Of a stretch of DNA of 21,781 nucleotides, positions 8,939 through 17,187 are shown one piece after another. Numbering within the stretch: position 1 is the stretch's first letter; every line of letters starts with the position of its first letter. This DNA comes from a virus. The stretch is from UHGV virus genome UHGV-1963057; one strand, given 5' to 3'. Below the pieces are notes generated by a model, which saw only the letters and a list, made by a program, of their open reading frames with translations, did not search any database and was not told where the DNA came from. Both the position numbers and the translations under genes were made by a program.

Positions 8939-8974
8939 AAAACCGCTAATGGTCAGATTAGCGGTTTTTATTTT
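8939..8974. terminator. Bidirectional rho-independent terminator between convergent U and invertase genes
   Basis: Perfect 10-bp stem AACCGCTAAT (8941-8950) / ATTAGCGGTT (8957-8966), extendable to 12 bp with the AA/TT pairs at 8939-8940 and 8967-8968; loop GGTCAG; T-rich run on the plus strand and AAAA on its 5' side. Confidence 0.7.
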
Positions 8975-9557
8975 CCTGAGTCTGCCTGGTTGTTTCTTCA
9001 GCCTGTATATCGCCTACAGGGTGATAACGATAAATCGTCGATATGCCGATGTCGTAAATGATCGCCAGTTGTTTCCTGTCATGACCGTTTTTAATCAGCC
9101 TCGCTATTTGCTCGTGTTGTTCTTTTGTCAACTTCGGGCGACGTCCGCCAATGCGTCCTTGTGCGCGTGCTGCTGCCAGCCCGGCCAGTGTACGCTCTAC
9201 AATTAATTCACGTTCCATTTCGGCTAAAGCCCCCATGACGTGAAAAAAGAAACGCCCCATGGGTGTTGATGTGTCAATGCTGTCCGTCAGACTACGGAAA
9301 TTAACACCTTTTTCCCGCAATTCCTCAATAAGCGTGATCAGGTGTTTCATACTTCTGCCCAGTCTGTCCAGCTTCCAGACAACCAGCGTATCTCCTTCTG
9401 ATAGCGTTCTGAGCAGTTTTTTCAATCCCGGTCTGGCTGATTTCGTTCCGCTGATTTTATCTTCAAAAATCAGTTCACATCCTGCGCAGTTCAGTGCATT
9501 GCGTTGTAAATCCGTGTTCTGGTCATTTGTTGACACACGAATATAGCCAATTTGCAT
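8958..9557 (-). CDS. Serine recombinase, Hin/Gin/Cin/Pin-family DNA invertase
   Basis: 199 aa. MQIGYIRVSTNDQNTDLQRNAL...GDTLVVWKLDRLGRS...MGRFFFHVMGALAEMERELIVERT...GRIGGRRPKLT... is near-identical in pattern to Hin/Gin, including the catalytic Ser in RVST and a C-terminal HTH. Confidence 0.95.
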   Translation of the reverse strand: MQIGYIRVSTNDQNTDLQRNALNCAGCELIFEDKISGTKSARPGLKKLLRTLSEGDTLVVWKLDRLGRSMKHLITLIEELREKGVNFRSLTDSIDTSTPMGRFFFHVMGALAEMERELIVERTLAGLAAARAQGRIGGRRPKLTKEQHEQIARLIKNGHDRKQLAIIYDIGISTIYRYHPVGDIQAEETTRQTQENKNR

Positions 9558-9612
9558 AAAAAAACATCCTCTTTGTTTCGTGAAAAATACAGAGTTGGTA
9601 TAGGTAGGGATA

Positions 9613-9638
9613 AAAACGAAAACGTTGGTTTAGGAGAA
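9613..9638. other. Invertase crossover site (hix/gix-like 26-bp site), invertase-proximal
   Basis: AAAACGAAAACG-TT-GGTTTAGGAGAA; the right half fits the GGTTTnnGAnAA half-site and the central dinucleotide falls in the shared GLGE codons. Lies 56 bp from the invertase start. Confidence 0.7.
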
Positions 9639-10127
9639 GCGGCGAAAAGGGATGTGGGCACGACAGTCGGAACCGTTGCCGCTGGTGATGATTTACGCAT
9701 AATAGGAGCACTTCAAAAGGCAAATAATCTTTATGAGTTAACAAATAAATCTGACGCAAGAGCTAATCTTGGGTTAGGAACCGTTGCAACAAAAAACGTG
9801 GGAAATAGTGCTGGGCAAATACCTGATATGTCTTACTGGTCTTCACCGGCAGGCGGAATTAATTTCCCGAATGGGTTCCAGATGCGATTCGGGACTATCG
9901 CTGGTACTGGTGGAAAATTATTTTCTACGCCATTTACAAATCAGTGCTATGGCATTGTTTTCGGACAAACATATGGAGCCAACTACTGGATGTTCAGCCC
10001 GATGTACAGAGCATCTGATCTGAGTAATACCAGTTTTGCATTCATTAACAAAACCTGGTCTGGCGTTCCGGGGGTAGGTTCTCAGGACGCTGGTGAATCA
10101 GTTTTTTATATTGCAGTAGGGTATTAA
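9627..10127 (+). CDS. Silent alternative tail-fibre C-terminal cassette (Hv'), expressed only after inversion
   Basis: Open frame from the crossover core to TAA 10125-10127. Joining at the core fuses in frame to the H constant region (...DYLGLGE|AAKRDVG...). The listed ORF start at 9552 lies outside the segment and is not a real start. Confidence 0.75.
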   Translation, partial: GLGEAAKRDVGTTVGTVAAGDDLRIIGALQKANNLYELTNKSDARANLGLGTVATKNVGNSAGQIPDMSYWSSPAGGINFPNGFQMRFGTIAGTGGKLFSTPFTNQCYGIVFGQTYGANYWMFSPMYRASDLSNTSFAFINKTWSGVPGVGSQDAGESVFYIAVGY

Positions 10128-10128
10128 T

Positions 10129-10572
10129 ATGGAAATGGTTTATAGCGCCTCAAAAAATAGTTTTTTCGCTAAAAATGATGTGGCGAAATATGAACAGGCC
10201 GGATGGGAACTTGCTGATGTTGTCGAAGTGACATATGACACTTACCTGGAATTTATTGAAGACAGAACGTTGCAAGGGAAAGTACGCATCGCGGGTGATG
10301 ATGGCCTTCCCACCTGGGGGGAAATTCCACCGCCAACTCATGAGGAACAAATTGCTGCAGCCGAACTGGAAAAGCAGCAATTGATTAATCAGGTCAACGA
10401 ATACATATACAGTAAGCAATGGCCTGGTAAAGCGGCGATTGGTCGCCTGAAAGGTGAGGAACTGGCGCAATATAATTTGTGGCTGGATTATCTGGACGCA
10501 CTGGAACTGGTCGATACTTCCGGTGCGCCAGATATTGAATGGCCTACGCCTCCGGCAGTTCAGGCCAGATGA
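10129..10572 (+). CDS. Tail fibre assembly protein (alternative, paired with Hv')
   Basis: 147 aa starting 1 nt after the Hv' stop; the C-terminal ...DYLDALELVDTSGAPDIEWPTPP mirrors the C-terminus of the minus-strand assembly protein. 3' end overlaps its convergent partner. Confidence 0.8.
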   Translation: MEMVYSASKNSFFAKNDVAKYEQAGWELADVVEVTYDTYLEFIEDRTLQGKVRIAGDDGLPTWGEIPPPTHEEQIAAAELEKQQLINQVNEYIYSKQWPGKAAIGRLKGEELAQYNLWLDYLDALELVDTSGAPDIEWPTPPAVQAR

Positions 10573-11137
10573 CGTCCGGCGCTGTGCTGGTATCTGTTGC
10601 CGTCACCGCGTCAATATAATCCAGCACAGCGTTAAGTCGGGTGTTTTCTGGCTGCGTCAGCTTCCGCCCGGCCTGTAATTTCAGTTGAATCAGACTGATG
10701 GAAGCCATTGCAGCATCAATCAGCGACTGGCGCTGTGCTTCTGCAGCTTCTACTGCGGCGCTATGCTGTGCCTCGGTATCCGTCACCCATTTCTCACCAT
10801 CCCATTTATCGTATGGCGTTAACGGTGAAAGCGTGACATAACCGTCTTTGATGGCACCGATATAATCCACTGTAACAGCTGCGCCATTTTCAGTTGAGTA
10901 AACGGTCTCATTGCGATGGTCTTCTTCATGGCTCCATCCCTTACCCGTAAATACTGCCACTCTTCCCGGAATGTATTCGCCCGGGTCAATACCAGTGGAA
11001 CAAACGGGCATACTTACGCCAGTATTAATATATTCATCAGACCAGCCCGTATATTCAGACGTTACTGCATCATAATAATAACAACGCATATCACCCGGCA
11101 CTGTAGCCAGCCCATTTTCATCAAAAACAGGTTTCAT
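10544..11137 (-). CDS. G: Tail fibre assembly protein G (currently expressed orientation)
   Basis: 197 aa; start overlaps the H stop; C-terminal ...LDYIDAVTATDTSTAPDVIWPELP is typical of fibre assembly chaperones. Confidence 0.85.
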   Translation of the reverse strand: MKPVFDENGLATVPGDMRCYYYDAVTSEYTGWSDEYINTGVSMPVCSTGIDPGEYIPGRVAVFTGKGWSHEEDHRNETVYSTENGAAVTVDYIGAIKDGYVTLSPLTPYDKWDGEKWVTDTEAQHSAAVEAAEAQRQSLIDAAMASISLIQLKLQAGRKLTQPENTRLNAVLDYIDAVTATDTSTAPDVIWPELPEA

Positions 11138-12735
11138 TATGCAGCCCTCACAATATAATTAAAGGCGATGTTACGTGGACGGTTTTCATTAGCTGTTGGC
11201 ACGACACGAGAGGCGTCGAATCCAAGGTCATCGGTTTTGCCTATATCAGTTGTGTTATTCGGCATTCTCGCAGATCGTGTTCCTGCATCATAAAAAGCCC
11301 CTCTGATTGCATCAAAAGACATACCGATCCCGCCATCTGCGAATCCCTCAATATTTCTTATTGCATCCCCCTGTGAAGATAATAATTGTCGCCCGGCATC
11401 CACACCACGTCCGTCATCCCAGCCACGAATAAATTCACCGCGTAAATCCGGCAATTTATTTGTCGGATAAACCTTTGCCAGTTCCGGGTATTCTTCAGCA
11501 GAAAAAGCCGCACCGTTGCATTTCAGCCAGCCAGTAGGCGGTGTGGCTGAAGGCCACGGAACAGGCACACCAACGGGTAATGCCGAACCTTCTCCCAAAC
11601 CAAGGTAATCAAGAACTCCCTGAGTGCTGGTTTTACCAAGAATGGCACGTCCAACACTTGTCAACGCGGTTAACGCGGCACGATCTGCCCCTGTAAAATA
11701 TGGGAGTTTATCTGCTGATGTAGCAAGCTCCGCCAGCGCCGTCAGGGTGGCATCCTTCGGTTGCTTACCCGCAAGCGCGTTAGTCATGGTGGTCGCAAAA
11801 TTCGGGTCATTGCCCAGCGCTGCAGCCAGTTCGTTCAGCGTGTTCAGTGCATCAGGTGACGAATCTACAAGTGCGGCAATCGCAGCCATAACGAAAGCCG
11901 TGCTTGCGATCTGGGTACTATTAGTCCCCTGTGGCGCTGTTGGTGTTGTTGGCGTTCCGGTCAGTGCCGGGCTGTTTAATGGTGCTTTCTTGTTCGTTTC
12001 ATCCATTACCGCCTTAACAGCTTTTGGTGTCGCTGCCAGCGTTTCAGACGTGCTGTTCGTGGCGCTACTGAGCTGAACAATCCCTTTTTGTGTAGTGGTG
12101 GCGTTCTGGGCGGTATATTTCCCGTTAGCCAGGTCATATGCAGCCTTAACCGCTTTCGGTGTTGCGGCCAGTGTTTCTGATTCACTGTTAATTGCACTGC
12201 TTAACTGAGTAAAACCTTTTACGGTCAGCGAGGCGTCCGGGTGACGTCGTGACTGTTCGTGTTCTGATATTTTATCATCCACATATTTGCGGGTTGCCAG
12301 AACCACAGACGGGTCGATTTTCAGCGTGATGGCTTCGGTGTTCGTGACAACCAGAATCATGCGGATAGTCTGGGTGCGTCCACTGCCTTCCTGCAACTGC
12401 GGTTTGTACGTTTCCGGGCAGTTTGCCACCGCAATGAGTGCACCTTCATCATCATAAAGACCAATCTCACGGATCCAGAATCCTCCCTCGTTTTCAGGGA
12501 TGATTTGCTCCGCAATAATCTGGCTCTGATTGTTAGGGTCAACACTCAGAAGATTCAGCGGTGCAATGCGTTTCTGGTTAATCAGTTTTGTTTGTGCAGG
12601 GTCTGGTGTTGGTAACACACCATTTGCATCACCAACGGCCATTTGCGTCAGATTCAGCTTACTGCCGAGCATCGTCGCGTTAGCCAGTCGTGCTGCGCCC
12701 TGATTAGTCAGAATGGCGTAGTATTTCACTGTCAT
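11137..12735 (-). CDS. H: Tail fibre protein H (constant N-terminal region fused to the current variable C-terminus)
   Basis: 532 aa; N-terminus MTVKYYAILTNQGAARLANA... and repeated TPKAVKA motifs are typical of P2/Mu/P1-type fibres. Crossover site lies near codon 377. ATG overlaps the stop of I. Confidence 0.9.
   Translation of the reverse strand: MTVKYYAILTNQGAARLANATMLGSKLNLTQMAVGDANGVLPTPDPAQTKLINQKRIAPLNLLSVDPNNQSQIIAEQIIPENEGGFWIREIGLYDDEGALIAVANCPETYKPQLQEGSGRTQTIRMILVVTNTEAITLKIDPSVVLATRKYVDDKISEHEQSRRHPDASLTVKGFTQLSSAINSESETLAATPKAVKAAYDLANGKYTAQNATTTQKGIVQLSSATNSTSETLAATPKAVKAVMDETNKKAPLNSPALTGTPTTPTAPQGTNSTQIASTAFVMAAIAALVDSSPDALNTLNELAAALGNDPNFATTMTNALAGKQPKDATLTALAELATSADKLPYFTGADRAALTALTSVGRAILGKTSTQGVLDYLGLGEGSALPVGVPVPWPSATPPTGWLKCNGAAFSAEEYPELAKVYPTNKLPDLRGEFIRGWDDGRGVDAGRQLLSSQGDAIRNIEGFADGGIGMSFDAIRGAFYDAGTRSARMPNNTTDIGKTDDLGFDASRVVPTANENRPRNIAFNYIVRAA
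11590..11615. other. Invertase crossover site inside H (distal site)
   Basis: TTCTCCCAAACC-AA-GGTAATCAAGAA; the left half fits the TTnTCnnAAACC half-site exactly. It is the inverted counterpart of the 9613-9638 site, matching it at 13 of 14 positions across the conserved half-site and core. Confidence 0.7.
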
Positions 12736-13340
12736 GCGTTTACTCTCAGATTATCAATTAAATGAATGGCCGGGGCAGGGAAATAATCCCCTTCGACAAT
12801 AATGGACTCCGGGGTGTAGGGATAAACCGTCAGGGCATCGCCGTGATAGCATCCCGTACCAACGAAAATCTTTCCGTTCACACTCAGGCTGATCGCCAGC
12901 CCCGTCAGATGGCGACTTACTGGTTTTGCATCCGCAATAAGGCGCTCAAGTTCCTGATACATTTCATCGGTGATGCCCTGATCAAGTACTCCGACAACAA
13001 TGCGAAATGTTCCTGGCTCCTCGTTGAGTTGCCACCACTCCTTTACTTCAATCAGGTAGCCGAGAGGCTCCACGGCTCTTCGCAGTGCGCTGATGGTCCC
13101 TTTGTGTCGGTGTATCAGCCATGCATCACGAATTACCTGTCGCTTTGTCTCTTCCGGCCAGTTGCGATCCCAGCGGTCAACGGAAAACGCCCAGGCGAGA
13201 TAAGGCAGCAGATGCACCGGGCAGGTGTCCGGCGACCACAGCGTGTTGAGGTCTACCGGAATGTCTGTAATGCGTGTTCCGACGGCTTCGGCACAACGCA
13301 TGAAATTGCTGGCTGATGGTGGTAACAGTGAATTACTCAT
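12732..13340 (-). CDS. I: Baseplate protein I
   Basis: Position between J and H. First ATG at 13340 is preceded by AAGGTGG; the listed ORF starts at an upstream GTG 13373. Confidence 0.8.
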   Translation of the reverse strand: MSNSLLPPSASNFMRCAEAVGTRITDIPVDLNTLWSPDTCPVHLLPYLAWAFSVDRWDRNWPEETKRQVIRDAWLIHRHKGTISALRRAVEPLGYLIEVKEWWQLNEEPGTFRIVVGVLDQGITDEMYQELERLIADAKPVSRHLTGLAISLSVNGKIFVGTGCYHGDALTVYPYTPESIIVEGDYFPAPAIHLIDNLRVNA

Positions 13341-14229
13341 TGCGTCCACCTTCGCTGATGGTGAATGACTCACAGCGCGCCGCCTGTATGTCGCTGATGG
13401 TCATATTCTGTGTGGGTTCGATTATCTCCACGCGTTGCACACCGTGCACATGCAGTGCGGCAGCAATGGCGGACAACGCCACGTCCTGACCGATAAGCCC
13501 CTGCTCAGCCAGCCACTTCCTGAACGACGATTCAGCCGCGGCCAGAATAGGTTCGGATTCCGGGCCGGGGTAAAAGTACAGTTTTGCATTCAGCCGCCAT
13601 GTCACGATTCTGGCGCTCTGTACGGTCAGGCGGTCGGCCACCGGGCGGGTATCCTCTGCATTCAGAACGGCGCGAACGGTATTAAGCAACGCCTCCGTTG
13701 CTGTGCCGTCGCCTTCAGTGGACAGGATGGAAACCGTCACATTTGCCGGAGACGGACTGATAGCCCGCGCATCACGCACCAGACCGCTGGCGCTGCGGGC
13801 AAAATACTCGTATGCACCTGACGGGCCAGCAACACTCAGGCCATCGTACGCCCGCTGTGCCCGCAGTCTCAGCGAGGTGTCACTTTCCATCACTGCGTCG
13901 GTGGTATCCGTTGCCGGAGTGATGGTCAGGCGCTTTGTGTTCATATTGCCCGCGAGGTTGTCCAGGTCTGTCCCGGCGCTGTGGCTTAACATGCAGGCGT
14001 GTGCCCCCTCATTGACCCGCTGGCGTAACAGCATTTCACGAAACGCTGTTGTCTGGGCGATAACGTTCAGGGGTTCCGATTCCAGCTCCAGCGCGGCGGA
14101 GACGGCTTCACGCTGTTCGGCGGGATAAGCCGCAATCATCATGGCCTTTGTGTCAGCCAGAATTGCCTCAAAGTCAGGCTCCGCGATGATGGCGGGTTCC
14201 GGTAACTGGGAAAGGTCAACGGCGGGCAT
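13333..14229 (-). CDS. J: Baseplate protein J
   Basis: 298 aa, gpJ-family pattern; AGGAG lies 6 nt upstream of the ATG. Confidence 0.88.
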   Translation of the reverse strand: MPAVDLSQLPEPAIIAEPDFEAILADTKAMMIAAYPAEQREAVSAALELESEPLNVIAQTTAFREMLLRQRVNEGAHACMLSHSAGTDLDNLAGNMNTKRLTITPATDTTDAVMESDTSLRLRAQRAYDGLSVAGPSGAYEYFARSASGLVRDARAISPSPANVTVSILSTEGDGTATEALLNTVRAVLNAEDTRPVADRLTVQSARIVTWRLNAKLYFYPGPESEPILAAAESSFRKWLAEQGLIGQDVALSAIAAALHVHGVQRVEIIEPTQNMTISDIQAARCESFTISEGGRNE

Positions 14230-14232
14230 GAT

Positions 14233-14583
14233 TTACTCCTTCAGCGTGATGGTTAACTCAACATTCTGCATGGTCTGCATGACAGTGCCCGACAGCGTCA
14301 CCCCGGCGCGGCCTCCCGCTTTCCAGACAACGTCGATGGCGTCCAGGGCAATGCGGGGTTCCCATCGTGTCAGCGCAATCACGGCAGCACTCATGCATTG
14401 CAGACGAGTTGTGTTATTCATGGGTTCGTCAATCAAATCAGGCACAAGGCTGCCATATTCCCGTCGCATAACCCGGCTTGCCAGCGGGGTGATCAGGATG
14501 TCCCTGACTGACTGTTTCAGGTGCTCCATATCGTTCAGGTTTCCCGTCCCGTCCGGATTCATTCCTGTGTAGCGGGTTGTCAC
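14233..14583 (-). CDS. W: Baseplate protein W (gp25-like)
   Basis: 116 aa; GTG start overlapping the V stop (GTGA), preceded by AGGAGG. Confidence 0.85.
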   Translation of the reverse strand: MTTRYTGMNPDGTGNLNDMEHLKQSVRDILITPLASRVMRREYGSLVPDLIDEPMNNTTRLQCMSAAVIALTRWEPRIALDAIDVVWKAGGRAGVTLSGTVMQTMQNVELTITLKE

Positions 14584-15161
14584 TGCGGGCCTCCTGTCGA
14601 ATCGCTGCCACCTTTAACGCCACCGTGCTTATGCGTATGCACTGTGATGCCGTTTGAGGTGAAATCGCCGCCGCTGTGCGTGATATTGCCGCTCATCTTT
14701 CCCCCTTTTGTGACGTCAAGCGTCGCTGTTCTCAGAAGGTCTGTGCATTCCACGACGGGCGTATCCAGTGTCACGCTGACGGATGCCTGCAGGGTGGCTG
14801 TTTTCATGCCGCTGGCGCTCAGTGCGCCTGCGTCCGTGTCGTAGCGGAACACCGCGCCATCCGGCGCGCTGATCACGATTTCTTTCAGGCTTTTGCCGGG
14901 GGCCGGACTGGCATCACTCCACAGGCTGCCAATTATCATGGCGGTTTCCGGGTTGCCGCCAATGCAGGCAATTACCACCTGTTCGCCTGGTGATGGCGGC
15001 AGCCACACATTGAAGGCTCCCGCGCGCGTGGTGTTCCAGCGCAGCCAGCCTGTTTCCAGTTCGCCGCTGCGAACGCGCACGCACCAGGATTCCTCATCAA
15101 CTTCAGAGATGATCCCGGTACGGATGATGTTGCTCAGCAGTCGCATGAGTTCTGCGCTCAC
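14580..15161 (-). CDS. V: Baseplate spike protein V
   Basis: 193 aa; C-terminal ...GNITHSGGDFTSNGITVHTHKHGG... resembles the His-rich spike tip of P2 gpV as I recall it. GTG start overlapping the S stop, preceded by GGAGG. Confidence 0.85.
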   Translation of the reverse strand: MSAELMRLLSNIIRTGIISEVDEESWCVRVRSGELETGWLRWNTTRAGAFNVWLPPSPGEQVVIACIGGNPETAMIIGSLWSDASPAPGKSLKEIVISAPDGAVFRYDTDAGALSASGMKTATLQASVSVTLDTPVVECTDLLRTATLDVTKGGKMSGNITHSGGDFTSNGITVHTHKHGGVKGGSDSTGGPQ

Positions 15162-15793
15162 CGTACAGCCTCCGCAATCCGGCCCAGCACCGTGTTATAA
15201 ATCAGGCGCTCATCTGCCTGGCTGATACCCAGCAGCTCACGTACCGGGTAATCGGTGAAAATGCCCGGCGCAACCTGATCGCGCTCACCGAACTGATGAA
15301 CGCGTGCAATACGTGCGGCCACGCCGCTGTAACCCACCGTCACACCGGAAGCATCTGCACGGGCTTTCAGGTAGCGGGCGGTGCGCAGTTTTACGAACAT
15401 GGGGACGCGCTTTGTGCTGTCCTGGTTGATGCGCCGGGTGCGTATTTCCAGAAAACGGTCGATGTCATCCCGGTAAAACGTGCGGATATTGTTTTTATCC
15501 TCATCCCACCCGGTAATGGTTCGCCCGTATTTCCCCGTGTCGTGATGCCAGTTTTTCAGCGTGCGTGCTTCGTTATTCCAGATAAAGCGAATGCGCTCCT
15601 GTATCCGGGTTACGCGGCGTCTGCGTGGTGTCCATGCGGTCCCGTCCGGCGCTTTCTGTGACCGGATGCGCGCCTGCTGGGCGCGGCGTAAATCCTGTGC
15701 CAGCTTTCTGGCGATGTTATTGATGGCCTGCTGATTCAGGCTGTCGCGGATGGCCTCAAAGGTTTCATCCACACGGGTGAATGCCTTATCCAT
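15158..15793 (-). CDS. S: Tail completion / virion morphogenesis protein S
   Basis: Position between R and V. Start chosen at first ATG 15793 with GGGGTGA upstream; the listed ORF starts at GTG 15802. Family assignment is from position and size, which is longer than P2 gpS. Confidence 0.7.
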   Translation of the reverse strand: MDKAFTRVDETFEAIRDSLNQQAINNIARKLAQDLRRAQQARIRSQKAPDGTAWTPRRRRVTRIQERIRFIWNNEARTLKNWHHDTGKYGRTITGWDEDKNNIRTFYRDDIDRFLEIRTRRINQDSTKRVPMFVKLRTARYLKARADASGVTVGYSGVAARIARVHQFGERDQVAPGIFTDYPVRELLGISQADERLIYNTVLGRIAEAVR

Positions 15794-16253
15794 CGCTTTC
15801 ACCCCACGTCACATCCTGGAATATATGCGACCAGTCGCCTTCGGAAGATGGCAGACGGGGTTTTGGCTCCGGCAGGTGCTCTGCCTGCGGTGTCCCCTGA
15901 CTGCTGCGCGTAATGCGAACGCGTTCCCGCAGGGGGAGCGTAAACAGGAGATCGGCGCTGTCATCGTCATTGATAACGGCGGAGAATTTGATGTCCTGAT
16001 TACGCTCCGGATTGAGCAACAACTGTGGCTGATTTTCGGATAACCACGCCAGTAGCGGCAGCGTGAGGTCGTCCAGCTCCCCGGCGTAATCCATGACAAA
16101 CATCACCATCTGATAGCGGTAAACAAACGAGGGCGTTTCTCCGGTCGTTTCAATGTTGCCGCTCTCCACGAAAATGGTGAATTTTTCCGGGTTGGCCTGA
16201 CACCATCGGCATGAACGGGTCATGGCTTCACGCAGGGAATCAGTTTTCAGCAT
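15786..16253 (-). CDS. R: Tail completion protein R
   Basis: 155 aa, the size of P2 gpR; lies directly after the lysis cassette; AGGA 8 nt upstream of the ATG. Confidence 0.8.
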   Translation of the reverse strand: MLKTDSLREAMTRSCRWCQANPEKFTIFVESGNIETTGETPSFVYRYQMVMFVMDYAGELDDLTLPLLAWLSENQPQLLLNPERNQDIKFSAVINDDDSADLLFTLPLRERVRITRSSQGTPQAEHLPEPKPRLPSSEGDWSHIFQDVTWGESDG

Positions 16254-16560
16254 GGTTGTTGTCCTCGTTGTTCAGTCGTTGCAGTCTGCGCTGTTCCAGT
16301 AATTCAATGGCCCGTTTATCCGCGTTACAGGTTTCCAGTGCATCCAGAAGGCGGTCGCCCCATATACCGAGATTTCCCCATGTGGGAGTGTCAGGGAAGG
16401 GGGGAGGCGTTACCGGTATGGTCAGCGTCTGCGGTATAAGCCGGACTGACGGCGCTGGCCGTGGCGCGTTCTGCGTGCCTGCGCAACCTGTCAGTAAAAC
16501 GAGCATCAGACAAAGCGTGGGCGCATTCATCTTTTGCAATATCGTTGCGTAGCTGTTCAC
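16240..16560 (-). CDS. lysC: LysC-type o-spanin (Rz1-like outer-membrane lipoprotein); GTG 16560 or ATG 16530 start
   Basis: Lipobox LLTGC after a hydrophobic signal segment, a Pro-rich mature region, and a start embedded in a different frame inside lysB. Confidence 0.65.
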   Translation of the reverse strand: MNSYATILQKMNAPTLCLMLVLLTGCAGTQNAPRPAPSVRLIPQTLTIPVTPPPFPDTPTWGNLGIWGDRLLDALETCNADKRAIELLEQRRLQRLNNEDNNHAEN

Positions 16561-16798
16561 GTCTGGCTTCTCCGTCCTGATTGCGTTGCTGATTTTCCAC
16601 GCGGAGTTGCGCCAGCACCTGCTGCATATCCTGTACCCCGGTGCTGATGATATTCAGGGTGTCGACGGTACTTTTCAGGGTGCTGGCCTGCGCTTCGTTT
16701 CTGGCGTTCTCCCGGCCCAGCGACCACGACAGACGTATGGATGTTCCCCATGCGGCAATCAGAAGGAAAGCGACACCCAGCGTGGGCCAGAGCTTCAT
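16391..16798 (-). CDS. lysB: LysB-type i-spanin (Rz-like)
   Basis: N-terminal transmembrane segment MKLWPTLGVAFLLIAAWG followed by a charged, coiled-coil-like region. ATG overlaps the endolysin stop (ATGA). Confidence 0.7.
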   Translation of the reverse strand: MKLWPTLGVAFLLIAAWGTSIRLSWSLGRENARNEAQASTLKSTVDTLNIISTGVQDMQQVLAQLRVENQQRNQDGEARREQLRNDIAKDECAHALSDARFTDRLRRHAERATASAVSPAYTADADHTGNASPLP

Positions 16799-17187
16799 GC
16801 CGGATAGGCTCCGTGTGGTAACTGAAAATGCGGTCCGTCTTTCAGGGTCTTCCAGTCGCCGCCCCATTCCACCGGAATATTCAGTTCCCGGCTGGCCTGT
16901 CTGAATGCTGCTGCGATTTTTTCGTACAGCGACCATTCCCATGACACCTGGCTGCCGATATAAGCCACAACATCCACGGCATGCCCCGTAAGGTGGCGGC
17001 TGTTCATGGTCTGGCTCTTACCCGTGGCCACCAGTTGCTTCTGGCGGTAACGGCTGCGCAACCCTTCGGTGATACCAAAATCCACTTCCGAGATTTCCAG
17101 TGCCCGTCGGGTCACTTTCACCAGATCAGGATTTACGCCCTGCAAATTCTTTTCGCTCCGGCTGCTGAATTTAAATGTGTTGCTCAT
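16795..17187 (-). CDS. Endolysin, peptidase M15-type (zinc D,D- or L,D-peptidase-like)
   Basis: 130 aa; HLTGHAVD (HxxGxAxD) and a C-terminal DGPHFQL His motif typical of M15/VanY-like endolysins. AAGGAG 8 nt upstream of the ATG. Confidence 0.8.
   Translation of the reverse strand: MSNTFKFSSRSEKNLQGVNPDLVKVTRRALEISEVDFGITEGLRSRYRQKQLVATGKSQTMNSRHLTGHAVDVVAYIGSQVSWEWSLYEKIAAAFRQASRELNIPVEWGGDWKTLKDGPHFQLPHGAYPA

Larger units (their letters stand above)
9625..11603. other. Invertible tail-fibre segment (about 2 kb) bounded by the two crossover cores
   Basis: Contains two alternative fibre C-terminal cassettes and two convergent tail-fibre assembly genes in mirror arrangement, flanked by inverted crossover sites sharing TTCTCC(C/T)AAACCAA. 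Confidence 0.75.

Noticed and set aside
8939-8966. Possible hix-like recombination site (AAAACC ... GGTTTT) at the boundary of the inverted tail operon
   Set aside because: The two arms are separated by 18 bp and form a perfect hairpin followed by a T-run. That is the geometry of a terminator, not a 12-2-12 invertase site.
9552-9626. N-terminal part of the listed ORF 9552-10127, as if the fibre cassette had its own start
   Set aside because: These codons lie outside the invertible segment, upstream of the crossover site, and overlap the invertase start region. The cassette is a promoterless C-terminal module that only makes sense when fused to H after inversion.
11624-12076. 150-aa plus-strand ORF inside H
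   Set aside because: Antisense to the tail-fibre gene, low-complexity Ala/Ser/Val translation, no RBS.
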